From Naegleria gruberi (lineage: Eukaryota): a DNA stretch of 64,000 nucleotides. Position 1 is the stretch's first letter; every line of letters begins with the position of its first letter. The stretch lies in NCBI GenBank assembly GCA_000004985.1, contig GG738909.1. One strand, written 5' to 3'. Both the position numbers and the translations under genes were made by a program. Under the pieces are notes generated by a model. It saw only the letters and a program-made list of their open reading frames with translations. It made no database searches and was not told where the DNA came from. This document shows, piece after piece, positions 1 to 10,653 of the stretch.

Positions 1-1318
1 AAATCCACAAATTAGACTCACATCCACACTCTCCACATTTCAATTCTGTTGTTATTTGTTCGGTATATCTACACACTGGACAATTACCATCTCCCCACTT
101 GGTCAGACAATTGCAGTGGAATTGATGGTTACAAACTGTTGTAATAATTCCACTAGCACCTGAATCTAATCTATCCAAACAAACTGGGCATGTTGGTAAT
201 TCATATCTCTTTTCATCTTCAGAATGTCCATGATCTTTGCATTCTGGCTCTGTACATTGGGTTTCAGTGTTGGTATTTGGAGAAGTAGCATTGGATCCAG
301 TATGAAGTTGAGGATCATTGCAACTTCCAACAATGAACATATCCTTGGAAGATTGGATATCCAAGTGACTGCCCATCATATCAGGTCTACTTGTAAATTC
401 AACACTCTTTACAAATACAATCTTGCAATGCTCAGGATCGAGAGAATTGAAAGGTCTTCCATTATATTGCACAAAGAAAGAATCTGCATTCCTTTGTTCA
501 TCAAATTGCAATAATACCATATACTTGTTTGGTGATTCGTCCCTTAAAATTCTCGTCTTTTCAATATTACACTCAAAGCAAGCAATAAATTCAAAAAAGT
601 CCGCAATAGAGATGAAGGAAGGAACTGCCAAGATGGATACCAATCTACTTCTCTCCTCTGGTAGCTCATCTTGCTCCATTCCACTCATTAATCCAAAGAG
701 TTCATCCTCACTTGGGCCTTCTTCTGAAATTGCTGAATTATTTACAGAATCCACAACATTAAGCAAATTGCTTGCCATTGGTCTCTTCTCTGCTGATCTT
801 GGCACTGTATTAAAGTCATCTCCTTGAATATTTTCATTAACTGCATTGGTAAAACTTCTTGGTGTTCCATGTTTGTACAATTTAATAATACCAGTAATCA
901 ATTCAACATTCGGATTACCTGATGAGAAGAAAATGTGTTTCGGTTCATAATAATTTTCTATTAATTCTTCCTTTGTTGATTGACTCAGTGCATTAATATC
1001 TAGAGTTTGTGTTGTTGTTGTTGATGATGATGAAGAAGCTGATGCTGAAGAAGATTGCACTGCTTCCTTCTTCTTATTCTTCTTCTTTTTCTTATCCGAT
1101 GATGATGAAGAGGATGATGAATTTGTCTTGTTGGTGCTTAGCATGTTAATTTGATGATGAGAAATACAATTCAATATTGTGCTCTTATGTTCCTTCAACA
1201 ATTCTACTTGTTGATTTGCTCTTTTAGAGTAGGGTAGTAATTGATGATTTAAATGTTTTTCTCTGAGTCGTTTCTCTACCAATTCCGAATCAGAAGTGAA
1301 TACCTCTATTGAAAACAT
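1..1318 (-). CDS. BRAP2/IMP-like E3 ligase. Partial: ATG at 1318, C-terminus runs off the window start. Contains a BRAP2 domain, a RING finger and the start of a ZnF-UBP.
   Basis: Minus-strand translation is continuous from the ATG at 1318 to position 1. It was probably left off the ORF track because it has no stop inside the window. Motifs match human BRAP: FFSSGNPNVELITGIIKLYK; NKYMVLLQFDEQRNADSFFVQYNGRPFNS; RING CPVCLDRL...CNHQFHCNCLTKW..CPVCRY; then ELKCGECGCESNLWI (ZnF-UBP start). Confidence 0.85.
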   Translation of the reverse strand, partial: MFSIEVFTSDSELVEKRLREKHLNHQLLPYSKRANQQVELLKEHKSTILNCISHHQINMLSTNKTNSSSSSSSSDKKKKKNKKKEAVQSSSASASSSSSTTTTQTLDINALSQSTKEELIENYYEPKHIFFSSGNPNVELITGIIKLYKHGTPRSFTNAVNENIQGDDFNTVPRSAEKRPMASNLLNVVDSVNNSAISEEGPSEDELFGLMSGMEQDELPEERSRLVSILAVPSFISIADFFEFIACFECNIEKTRILRDESPNKYMVLLQFDEQRNADSFFVQYNGRPFNSLDPEHCKIVFVKSVEFTSRPDMMGSHLDIQSSKDMFIVGSCNDPQLHTGSNATSPNTNTETQCTEPECKDHGHSEDEKRYELPTCPVCLDRLDSGASGIITTVCNHQFHCNCLTKWGDGNCPVCRYTEQITTELKCGECGCESNLWI

Positions 1319-1603
1319 ACAATAATATATTTACGGTATGTAAATACTAATTTCAAGGTATTTAATATTACTATTTTAAATAACGAATATTATATAAATT
1401 CTTCTCTAAATCCGAACCGATGAAAAGCAGTGAGGTCGGCCTTTCAATTCCGCGCTTTTTTTTTTGAATTTTTATTTTTAATTTTTCTCTCAATCTTGGA
1501 ACTTGCAATTTCTCACTTCTCATTGAAAACAGCAATAAGGAGAAAACAGTTTAGTTTTAAAGACTTGATGCTACCAAGGAATAGAATAAACAGTTAAAAA
1601 ACT

Positions 1604-4600
1604 TTATTGAGAAGAGTGAATAATGAAAACAATTAAGATTATCAACCAAAATAAAGAAATTGCGAATGAAGAATTGGCAGACGAAACTCTATCACTATTC
1701 TTTGGTACGACAATACTTGAATTTTGAACCTTGACAGATTGTCCAGGAGTTGGTTTAGTTGAAGATGTCACTGGTTTCACAGTGGAAGTCATAGCAGAAG
1801 GTTGTGGTTTTGGTGATGGATACAAGGATGGTTGTGGCTTTGGTGATGGATACAGAGATGGTTGTGGTTTTGGTATAATTGAAGAACAATTGAGTCCTGT
1901 GAAACCATTCAAACAAGTGCACTGATCTGGTTTCGTACAGTTTCCATTACCTGAACAAACTGATGAGGAGTTGGTACTTGAAATTCCAAAGCAATTGAAC
2001 ATGTCGCACTCAACACCACTGTATCCACTCGTTGGACATGAAACTGGAGTTGGAGCTATGGCTTGATAGATTATTGAAGAGGTTGCAGTGGATTGAGTAA
2101 TTTCAATTCTTCTCTTATCTTGAATATCCTTTCTTTGTAAATAACTCAAATTGATTTGAGTTGTAATTAATCCGCCAATAGTTTGTAAAGTAATCTTATA
2201 AGATGAATCCTTTACAATTTCTTCAACTTGGGTTATATTGACATTTTCACCAGTTTTCAATGGAATTAACAATGTGACCATTAAGGCATCTTTCACATTT
2301 TCCACATAATGAACAAGTGAAGTGGCAGGTGTTGGGTCGACTCCTCTTTGAATATCAAATCCAAGAATAAATGGAGTAGTTTGAGCAATTGCATGATAAG
2401 CTAATGTTGAGGTAGAAAGTGGAATAATCATCAAATTTGGAACTCCTGTATCGTTGGTGACGAGAGAATTGAATTTTGAATCAAATTTGACATTGGTAGT
2501 TCTCAAATGCCAACGAGCTTGATAATGATGAGGATTTCCATCGGCAGACTTCAATGTATCAATAGCAACATACATATTAATACCCAAATTGTGAGTTGGC
2601 TTGACAAATAGGAATTCTCTTGTGTGATTGGCAGGAAAATAAGAAGTATTTCTATAAGCATCAATATAGACACCTCTGGCATAGTCAATCAATTGAGTTG
2701 TTTCAAAAACTGGAAGTGGTGTTTCCTTTTTTCCATATCCTGTCAAATCATTTGCAACTCTATTGACACGTTTCTGGGAGAAACCATCCACCATGACAGT
2801 ATTGTGAGATTCTGTTGATGTTGCAAAGGTTCTGTAAATAGATTGCTCATATTCACCACCACCATTATCAAACAATAATCTTCTTCTTCCATAAGGGTCA
2901 ATAATTACATTCAATTTGTCCTGATGTTCGTGTCCATAACCAAGTGGAGAAATATCCATCAAGGCATAGTTATCTGAGCTAGACCATCCGCTTCTCATGA
3001 CCATAAACCCACAATCTTTGAGGAGAGTGCTGTTGAATGATGGAGCTGGATTGACATTTCTGTTCATGAGCCATTTGATGAGAGCAGAATCTGGGAAATA
3101 TGAAGCATAGGTAGTGATATAATTGTAAACCTGATAATCCCATCCATCGTTCAAAGGACCTGGCATGTAGAGTGAAGGTGTCATGATTGAAATGTCAAAT
3201 TCCAATGCCTTTTGAAGTCTGTTCACATAATCTACAGGAAATTCATTCACAATACCAACAGTTTTGGCTGTCAAATATAATCCAATAATATTGTCAATTG
3301 AAACATGATGATAACCAGTTGATAATTCATATTGAGCACCATCTGAAAGGAATTGAGCAACTGACTCATTGTACATGGTTGAGATTGCGATAGATCTCCA
3401 AGTGGAAGATAATTTAAACTCGGGAAAAACAGCACCTGCCGTAAACAAACCATTACATTCCATAGTCAACCAATTTCCAGTAGTTCTGTAAGTATGCAAA
3501 TAGATTGCTTGTTCATAAATACTCTTGACAAGTGTATGTAAATCATCGCATGGTAAAACTGTCAAGAATCTATGATAAATTTCAGCCCATGAAGTTGACA
3601 AACGAATACCAGCTTCAATTGTTCTCCAAGCGCTATAACCAGCTTGATTGGCAAACGTTGGTCTTGGTTGACTAATCACCCATGAATTCAATTGAGCAGC
3701 AAACAAGTTAGTAATATTCTGAGCTAGCTCCATTTGAGAAGTTCCATTTGCATACCACAAGGCACGTCCCAAATCAGTCCAAAATGACATTCTATTCAAT
3801 TGCCATGTCCATTCAGCATCATATGGATCTGGAGATCCTGGTTGAGCTGTTGGATTGTAATTCCAATTGATATTCTCAGGATCTGCAAACGTGTATGGAA
3901 TGCTTACAACGGTGATTTTTCCAGACAAAGTTTCCTTTGCCTTTGTAATATATGAACTGGCAATTCCTGCTGAGGAAATCTTTCGAGGATTGAAACTCCA
4001 TGGTACGTTATTTCTTTCAAATTTCAAATAGGTACAAAAAGCACTCTTAGCTTTCGAATAATCCTTATCCTGAACTGCTTGTTTCACAGAAGAAAGTTGT
4101 GGAATACTAAAATTCAAAGCATTGAAAAATTCCACATCACCTACTACTGGTCCAACCACATCAAACATACTGAAATCTGACATTTTTACCTCAAGTGAAG
4201 TATTTGTCTTGGAAGTTCCCCAATTTGTGTAAAAAACCAACTGGTCAATCTTATCCCAACCAAGTGGTGTTCTTACAGTACTGAAATCTGATCTTTTCAA
4301 TGTGAATTTCTTCCATCCTGTGAAATCTAACACGACATTATACATGTAGTAATCAGCTCCTGTTTGTGCAGAGTCCTCACTTCCCATATATAGATAAATA
4401 GTGTTGCAGGAACATGGAGAGTTGACTTTGAGATAAAATTGAATGTAAGTGGCAGTGGAAAAATCCATAATTGAAGAAGAAAGGTTTAGATTATTTCTTG
4501 CTATTTGGAAAGTACCAGAAAGGGACATATTCCAAACTACAGAACTTGCCACACTATTAATTGACAAGTCATCAACATCCGGATAATCCAAACTGTCAAC

Positions 4601-4789
4601 CTTTACGAAATTTCCCTTCCAATCTTGCGTATTATTACAATTTGAAATAAATTTCTGATTCACAATTGTCGAATTGACCTTATGTGAAAATATTGTGAAA
4701 AGAAACACAACACCCACGACAAGCAATAGAAATTTCAACTTGTTGGTGTGAAAATTGTGAACAAAAATGGCGGTTTGTTGTTTTTTCAT
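1604..4789 (-). CDS. Secreted heparinase II/III-like (polysaccharide lyase family) protein. Has a signal peptide, a C-terminal EGF-like module, PKPQPSLYPS repeats and a hydrophobic tail (possible GPI/TM anchor).
   Basis: 1061-aa ORF. N-terminal hydrophobic signal (LLLVVGVVFLFTIFS). The motif GYGHEHQDKLNVIIDPYGRRRLLFDNGGG...STESHNTVMVDG matches the heparinase II/III C-terminal signature GHxHxD...vDpG...HNTvxvDG. EGF-like Cys pattern CPTSGYSGVECDMFNCFG...CSGNGNCTKPDQCTCLNGFTGLNC near the C-terminus. Confidence 0.65.
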   Translation of the reverse strand: MKKQQTAIFVHNFHTNKLKFLLLVVGVVFLFTIFSHKVNSTIVNQKFISNCNNTQDWKGNFVKVDSLDYPDVDDLSINSVASSVVWNMSLSGTFQIARNNLNLSSSIMDFSTATYIQFYLKVNSPCSCNTIYLYMGSEDSAQTGADYYMYNVVLDFTGWKKFTLKRSDFSTVRTPLGWDKIDQLVFYTNWGTSKTNTSLEVKMSDFSMFDVVGPVVGDVEFFNALNFSIPQLSSVKQAVQDKDYSKAKSAFCTYLKFERNNVPWSFNPRKISSAGIASSYITKAKETLSGKITVVSIPYTFADPENINWNYNPTAQPGSPDPYDAEWTWQLNRMSFWTDLGRALWYANGTSQMELAQNITNLFAAQLNSWVISQPRPTFANQAGYSAWRTIEAGIRLSTSWAEIYHRFLTVLPCDDLHTLVKSIYEQAIYLHTYRTTGNWLTMECNGLFTAGAVFPEFKLSSTWRSIAISTMYNESVAQFLSDGAQYELSTGYHHVSIDNIIGLYLTAKTVGIVNEFPVDYVNRLQKALEFDISIMTPSLYMPGPLNDGWDYQVYNYITTYASYFPDSALIKWLMNRNVNPAPSFNSTLLKDCGFMVMRSGWSSSDNYALMDISPLGYGHEHQDKLNVIIDPYGRRRLLFDNGGGEYEQSIYRTFATSTESHNTVMVDGFSQKRVNRVANDLTGYGKKETPLPVFETTQLIDYARGVYIDAYRNTSYFPANHTREFLFVKPTHNLGINMYVAIDTLKSADGNPHHYQARWHLRTTNVKFDSKFNSLVTNDTGVPNLMIIPLSTSTLAYHAIAQTTPFILGFDIQRGVDPTPATSLVHYVENVKDALMVTLLIPLKTGENVNITQVEEIVKDSSYKITLQTIGGLITTQINLSYLQRKDIQDKRRIEITQSTATSSIIYQAIAPTPVSCPTSGYSGVECDMFNCFGISSTNSSSVCSGNGNCTKPDQCTCLNGFTGLNCSSIIPKPQPSLYPSPKPQPSLYPSPKPQPSAMTSTVKPVTSSTKPTPGQSVKVQNSSIVVPKNSDRVSSANSSFAISLFWLIILIVFIIHSSQ
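1800..1877. repeat. 30-bp tandem repeat, about 2.6 copies, encoding PKPQPSLYPS linker repeats inside the heparinase-like gene
   Basis: ggttgtggttttggtgatggatacaaggat repeated with 1-2 substitutions. The minus-strand translation is SPKPQPSLYPSPKPQPSLYPSPKPQPS. Confidence 0.9.
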
Positions 4790-4931
4790 TTTTTTTCTGA
4801 TTTTTCATCTTTTAAAAAATTACTACTCGAACATTGTTGTAATCAATCAACAATCAACACAGAAGATTGTGTAGAACGATCCTGACCTTGTTATGTCATA
4901 TTTACTAATACTGCAATCATTACAAAAACAT

Positions 4932-5639
4932 TTAATTCAATCTTCCATAATTAGGTTGTCTCGAATTTCTTCTCGTAATGCAAACGATACAACAAATGCA
5001 ACAACACAAAATCAATAAACAGAACAAAACAACACCAATAATCAAACCAGCAGTCACTCCACCAGAGATTGTACCTGGTGATTTGTAAACAATTGCAATA
5101 TTGTAGACATTTCCATTTGAAGCTTGACAAGTTGGTGTGAAATTGTCAACTGAGGAACACAACAAAAAATCAGAAGTGAAAGCTAGTTGACCTCCCTTAA
5201 TATTAAAACAGATTGGAATGCTGTCGCCGTCATATGACAAAATTGCATTGTAAAGATTACTGAGAGGTCTTGGAATTATGGTGCTAATTGTCATTTTAAA
5301 ACTGCCAATGACATGTGAAATTGTAATGCCATTACTAGTTGACACCATTTGAGTGAATGGAAGAATAGTTTGATCACATTGATCGTTAAATAATGTCATA
5401 TCACCTAATAACCAAGAACCAGATTCGATATCTGAAGTGGCAAGAGCAGAACGTTGTTGTTTAGTTTCGGAAAGTTTCTTCATGTATTCGGAAAGGTCAG
5501 ATTCAGGATAATGTTGATGAGAATGATCAATCATTTGTTTGATGGATTGGGCTAATGGCAAAGATGAAATTTGTTGAGTGGAGAGATGAGTCAACACACC
5601 AACAATGATGACAAGAATTAATAAAACGACTGTTGACAT
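4932..5639 (-). CDS. Small type-I membrane protein with signal peptide and a Cys-rich transmembrane/juxtamembrane C-terminus; function unknown
   Basis: 235-aa ORF. N-terminal signal (VVLLILVIIVGVLTHLS). C-terminal LIIGVVLFCLLILCCCICCIVCITRRN is a TM segment followed by a poly-Cys palmitoylation-like patch. Located between two secreted/membrane protein genes. Confidence 0.5.
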   Translation of the reverse strand: MSTVVLLILVIIVGVLTHLSTQQISSLPLAQSIKQMIDHSHQHYPESDLSEYMKKLSETKQQRSALATSDIESGSWLLGDMTLFNDQCDQTILPFTQMVSTSNGITISHVIGSFKMTISTIIPRPLSNLYNAILSYDGDSIPICFNIKGGQLAFTSDFLLCSSVDNFTPTCQASNGNVYNIAIVYKSPGTISGGVTAGLIIGVVLFCLLILCCCICCIVCITRRNSRQPNYGRLN

Positions 5640-5750
5640 TTTTTTGTTTTCGAATTGCCTTTGAAAAGGTCAAAGTTCTTTTACAATGGACATTAGCTTC
5701 TAATTAGAATGAGAGTACCAGCTGGCAATTTATTATCAATTAGAATTTAT

Positions 5751-8676
5751 TTAGATTTTAGTTGCAGCACCCTTATTCTTCAATTTCAAAACACAACAAG
5801 TTGTGATAATGATTGCAGAAACGACACCAATGACCAAGACAGAACCAACAATGGAAACTACAATGGCAATGATGGCTTCATTGCTCAATCCAGCTGATGA
5901 TCTTGGTTTGTTTTCCTTGATTAAATTGAGGTCGATAACTGAGAAGGATGTCAAGTGACTAGTTTTACATGTCATGGTAAAGACAAGTGTGTTTGAGTCA
6001 ACGTTTGATTTGACTAAAACTGTTTCAACACCATCATTCTTCCATTCGTTGAATTCAGTATTGAAATACATGCAAGTGTAATTAAATGGTTCCTTGCTGT
6101 CATAATTTGAGACAAGTACATCTTTAAAGTAAATGTCAATTGGTGTTGATAGTTCTTTAACTTTGAATGGAGAACCATCTGATTGAAGAATGGAAACAGT
6201 AACAATTGGACTGCTGATTGCTTTCTCAACTTGGGATGGATTCTCCTTTTCTTTATCTACTTCGTAGACAGAACTTACTAGGGTTAAATCGGTAGTTGGG
6301 GTATTTTGATTGGAATTGTTGAGTTGAGTATTAAAATTTGGAGGGAAGGTTACGGTAATAGTATCTGTCTTTTCAAAGACAACAACCTTGGCATCTAATT
6401 GTTCCAAATTTTTAACTGGTTCAGTTTTGAGTTCTCCACCAGAGGTAAGATTGTAATTGAATGATTCAATAAAGAATGGATCCAACTTTCTAACTCTTCT
6501 ATTTTCATAATCAGCAATAAATATCTGACCAGTGGTTGGTGAGATTGAGATTGTAGTTGGAGTGTTGATTGAGGCAAAGGTAGAAATTTGTCCATCTCCA
6601 TTCAAAGATGCAACTCCAGTACCAGCAATTGTTACAAGTTTACCATCAGAATTGATTTTTCTAATTCTATGATTATTAGTATCAACAATGAAGATTTCAC
6701 TACTGATTGGAGAAACTTCAACATCTATTGGCAAGTTCAATTGAGAGTTAGTGGCCAAAATGTTTTCCCCGGAATATCCTGCAACGCCAGTACCACAAAT
6801 AGTTTGAATGATACCATCAATGTTGATCTTTCTAATTCTATGGTTACTGGTGTCTGCAATGACAACCTCACCGTTTGGTAAAACAGAGACACCAGAAACG
6901 TTGAACAATTGAGCTTGAGTAGCCAATTGACCATCTCCTGAATAACCAGCAACGCCAGTTCCAGCAATAACAGTAGAAGAACCATCTTGTGAAATACGAA
7001 TGACTCTGTGAGTTTTTGGATCAGCAACATAAATCATTCCATTAAAGATAGCAATACCATGTGGTCTATCTGATGTTTTGGAACCAGTTACTGTAGAGAT
7101 GAGATTGTCCTTGATCTTTCTAATTCTGTTCATGTCAGAAATGAATAATTCACCTGATGAGAATTCGAGAGCTTTAGGATTGTTGAGGTAAGTACTCAGA
7201 GCAAGAACATTATCTTGATTGACTACATTTTCATAGGAACCACCAGCAAATGGTGTAATAATACCATCACTACCAATTCTTCTAACTGTATCTTCAGCAA
7301 TATCACTGATAAAAACTTCACCACTTGGTGAAACAGCAACACCTCTTGGTTGGAACAATTGACTCTCAGTGGCCAACTTGTTATTACCCAAATATTTAGG
7401 TTGTCCATTACCAGCAACACGTCTAATAAATCCACCAACGTCAACCTTGGAAACTGTGTAAAGATCAGCAAAGTAGACCTCACCATCAAAAGATGAAACA
7501 CCACCAGCAATAACAGGAGAATCAACACCTTGAACGCCAGCAGTACTTCCTCCCATAACACCATTACCAGCAATAGTATTAATGAAACCATTAGTACCAA
7601 CAACTCTGATTCTATTATTATTGGTGTCAGCAATGTAAAGTGTAGTAGTTTCAGCAAATTCAATATCAGTTGCTGAGATACCAGCCAAGATTGCCAAACC
7701 ACCATCTCCACTGAATTTGTCAGTGCTACCACCAACAACCAATTCAACAGTACCATTTTGATTAATCTTTTTAACACCAATACTGTCAACAAAGTAAAGT
7801 TCCTTTGTTTCAGGATTGATTGAAAGACCCATTGGAGATTCAACACCTACTGTTGTTGTTTCATTGTTGACTGGTACGCGATAGAGGGAACCAGCAATAA
7901 TAGAAACTAATCCAGTTTCGAATGAGTATGATTTGATCATGTGAGCAGCAGTGTCAGTAATGTACAATTGTTTTTCATCGTGAGAAAGTTTGACAGCTTT
8001 TGGAAAGTTAATTTTGGCTTCACTGGCAGGAACAGGAGAAACTTCATTCAAGTCAAAACCAAATTTACCACAACCAGCAATTGTTATAATAGTGCCGTTA
8101 GCAAAGATTTTTCTAATTCTGTGATTTTCAGTATCCTAGGTTGAAAATAGATGAAATTAAGAGATCTCACAATTAGAAAAAACTTACAGCAAAGTAAATA
8201 TCGTTAGTGGAAGAGAGTTCAACTTTTCCAGGATTGTTAATGTTAGCTTGAGTTGCCAATTGACCATCTCCAGAATATCCAATGATACCATTACCAGCAA
8301 TAGTGGTTGCTTTTCCTGTATTGATATCAATTTTTCTAATTCTGCTATTAATTCTGTCTGTTATTATTTTAATCAGTTATAGAGAATTCACATGAATTGT
8401 AAAACATGCAAAGGAATTTAAATATTCTAAATATTGAAAGATAAACTCACCTGAAACATAAACGTTTCCAGTTTTACGATCAACTTTAACTTTGGTTGGT
8501 GAGATTGAAACTTGTCCTGCATTCACATTATCATCAAATCCACCTCCTGCAATTGTACTAATCCTATAGAGAGGATCCAATTTTTGTTGTTGTGCATACA
8601 CTATTGATGAAGTTAACAGGGCAATTAGCAACAAGCTAATAATCAGCCACGAGGAATGAGATTGAGAGGCCATCAT
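5751..8676 (-). CDS. NHL-repeat (six-bladed beta-propeller) cell-surface protein with signal peptide and C-terminal TM anchor. Three exons: 8676..8451, 8357..8188, 8135..5751.
   Basis: Exon 1 ORF begins at the ATG at 8676 (MMASQSHSSWLIISLLLIALL, a signal peptide). Introns are GTGAGT...ACAG (8450..8358) and GTAAGT...CTAG (8187..8136). Phases check out: 226 + 170 nt = 396, then in frame into the 766-aa ORF. Repeated NHL-type units: ...YFAD/IADT.NHRIRKI..DG.I.TIAG.G..GY.GDGG.AT.A.L..P.GV. C-terminal TM: AIIAIVVSIVGSVLVIGVVSAIIITTCCV. Confidence 0.8.
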
Positions 8677-10653
8677 TATAAAGTACAGACAGCTTTTTTT
8701 TCAAATCAGACGAATCACCCGTCTTGTGTGTGCTATTGAAAAACCAAATCCACAATTATAATTATGAAGAACCTAAGCCTTGTCTTAGACAAAATTAACC
8801 CCCTCTTTGAGAAAGCACTTCCATAAATAATGACTTGGTTGACCAATAATTTTTAAAAATGTTAATTTCCAAGGTTTTGTAAAGTATTGATTGACTGTTG
8901 ACTCTCATAACGTCCTTCCTTCTCGCGTTGTATATATTGATGATGAATGGAGGCAAAGTAAAATCATCACAGGACACAGGCAAATATATATATTAAAATT
9001 CGGAGAAACACATAGGAAAACAATCATGGAAACTCCACAATTTGCCCATTAATCAATGCCACTCACTTCACAATTAGCCTTCCATAAACAAACAACTAAA
9101 TTTCTTTACGGAAGTGATTGTTGTCCCTTTTAGATGATGAAGAATAGGAGGACAATGTCTTCGTATAATTTATATAGTCTAGTAATTCATTTTAGAAGAA
9201 GAAGAAGTAGTGATAATATTATCCTTTAAATATTCATTAATTTAACCATGATGATGAATGTTGTTTCGCATCATGTGTGTATAGTAACGTGTTGATGATT
9301 TTTTTTTCTTTGCTTTTGTGGAACTTGTTTCGAAGATTTTATTTTTAGATTTTGGGTATCAAGCAGTAATTTAAACTCCTAATTCGGAGCTCTATTTCTA
9401 ATTGTTGTTACTGCAACACAATATTCATGAAAATAGAGAATTAATTTTTAAATTATTTAAAAAAAATGTGATTATCGAAAGATATGATGTAAAACACGAT
9501 GAATAATTATTTTCAGAGTTGGATTTCAAAATTGAATGCAATTTAAACAACATTAATTTTAATTCTTTATTGATATGCACTCACACATGGATTGAAGGAG
9601 AACAATTTGATATATTATTATTTAATGGAATTATTTCCGAATTTTCGATCATTAACAAAAACAACCACCCGATTTAAAATGTTGAAGAAAAAGGATGCAA
9701 ATGGCTCCATAATTATTTCAGTAATAATGGATATTGCAATATCATATCATTTTGATTCCAATGCAAGAAATGTAATCAAGTATGCCAAGTTGAAATGCTA
9801 ATGCATCATCAAGATCATCAAATATTAAGGACTCACTTTTGGAATAATATTGAAAGATTGGTCAAATCTCTGTCTACATAATATAGAAAACGAAGAATAT
9901 TCCAATTGAAATATATTCCACTGATTAAGCACCAGACGGTTTTATAGATGGTCGGAATAGTTTATCAATTCTCGATTAATCCTTGATCTTATCTCGGCAT
10001 GAGAACACATTGGATGATTATTAATATTGTGGAATTTTTATAATGAAGTGAAATGATTGCATTGGAATAAGTTTTTGAAAACTGATCTTTGAAAAGATTC
10101 AAACAGGTAGCATTTATTTCCAAAACCATTAAAAAATTCCATCTAAGAAACCATCTCTGCATGCACATCAGTCGGAGAAAGTCTTCACTACAATTTTGTG
10201 CTTGGTAGCTTTTTTAGGGTCGGAGCAACCCTCACTTATCTACAAAAGTCATTGAGGAAAAATAACTACTTTCCTTAATAGCATTAAAGGTGCTGACCTC
10301 TATCTTAAATAGTGAGGTAAAACACCCATTGGATTTATCTCTCACATAGACAAGATACATCATAACCAATCATCAGTACCCCTTTCTTCATCTTGCTTCA
10401 CTTTTTCATGCGAGTCTAAGGTGGACAAACCCCAAACTTGCTGCATCTTTTGAATCAAGACAGATCTGTCATTAATTTGCCCTCTGACCTTTTTAGAACA
10501 TTGAAGCAATGATTGTGAACACAACGCAACTATGCTTCTAGTATTCCAAAAATCAAAAAAAGCGTCTCAACCTTGTTGGTGTTGTTGATACTGAGTACTA
10601 CTTGTTCATCAAAGTAAAACACAAACGGCAAACAACAACGATCGAGAAGACAG

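Noticed and set aside
224-827. Plus-strand ORFs 224..514 and 423..827
   Set aside because: They lie antisense to the well-supported BRAP2 coding sequence (minus strand, 1..1318) and have no motifs. They are chance ORFs.
6014-7846. Several 60-200-aa ORFs inside 5751..8051 on both strands (e.g. 7223..7846 -, 6588..6881 +)
   Set aside because: Alternate-frame and antisense read-throughs of the repetitive NHL gene. Leu/Val-rich nonsense with no start context.
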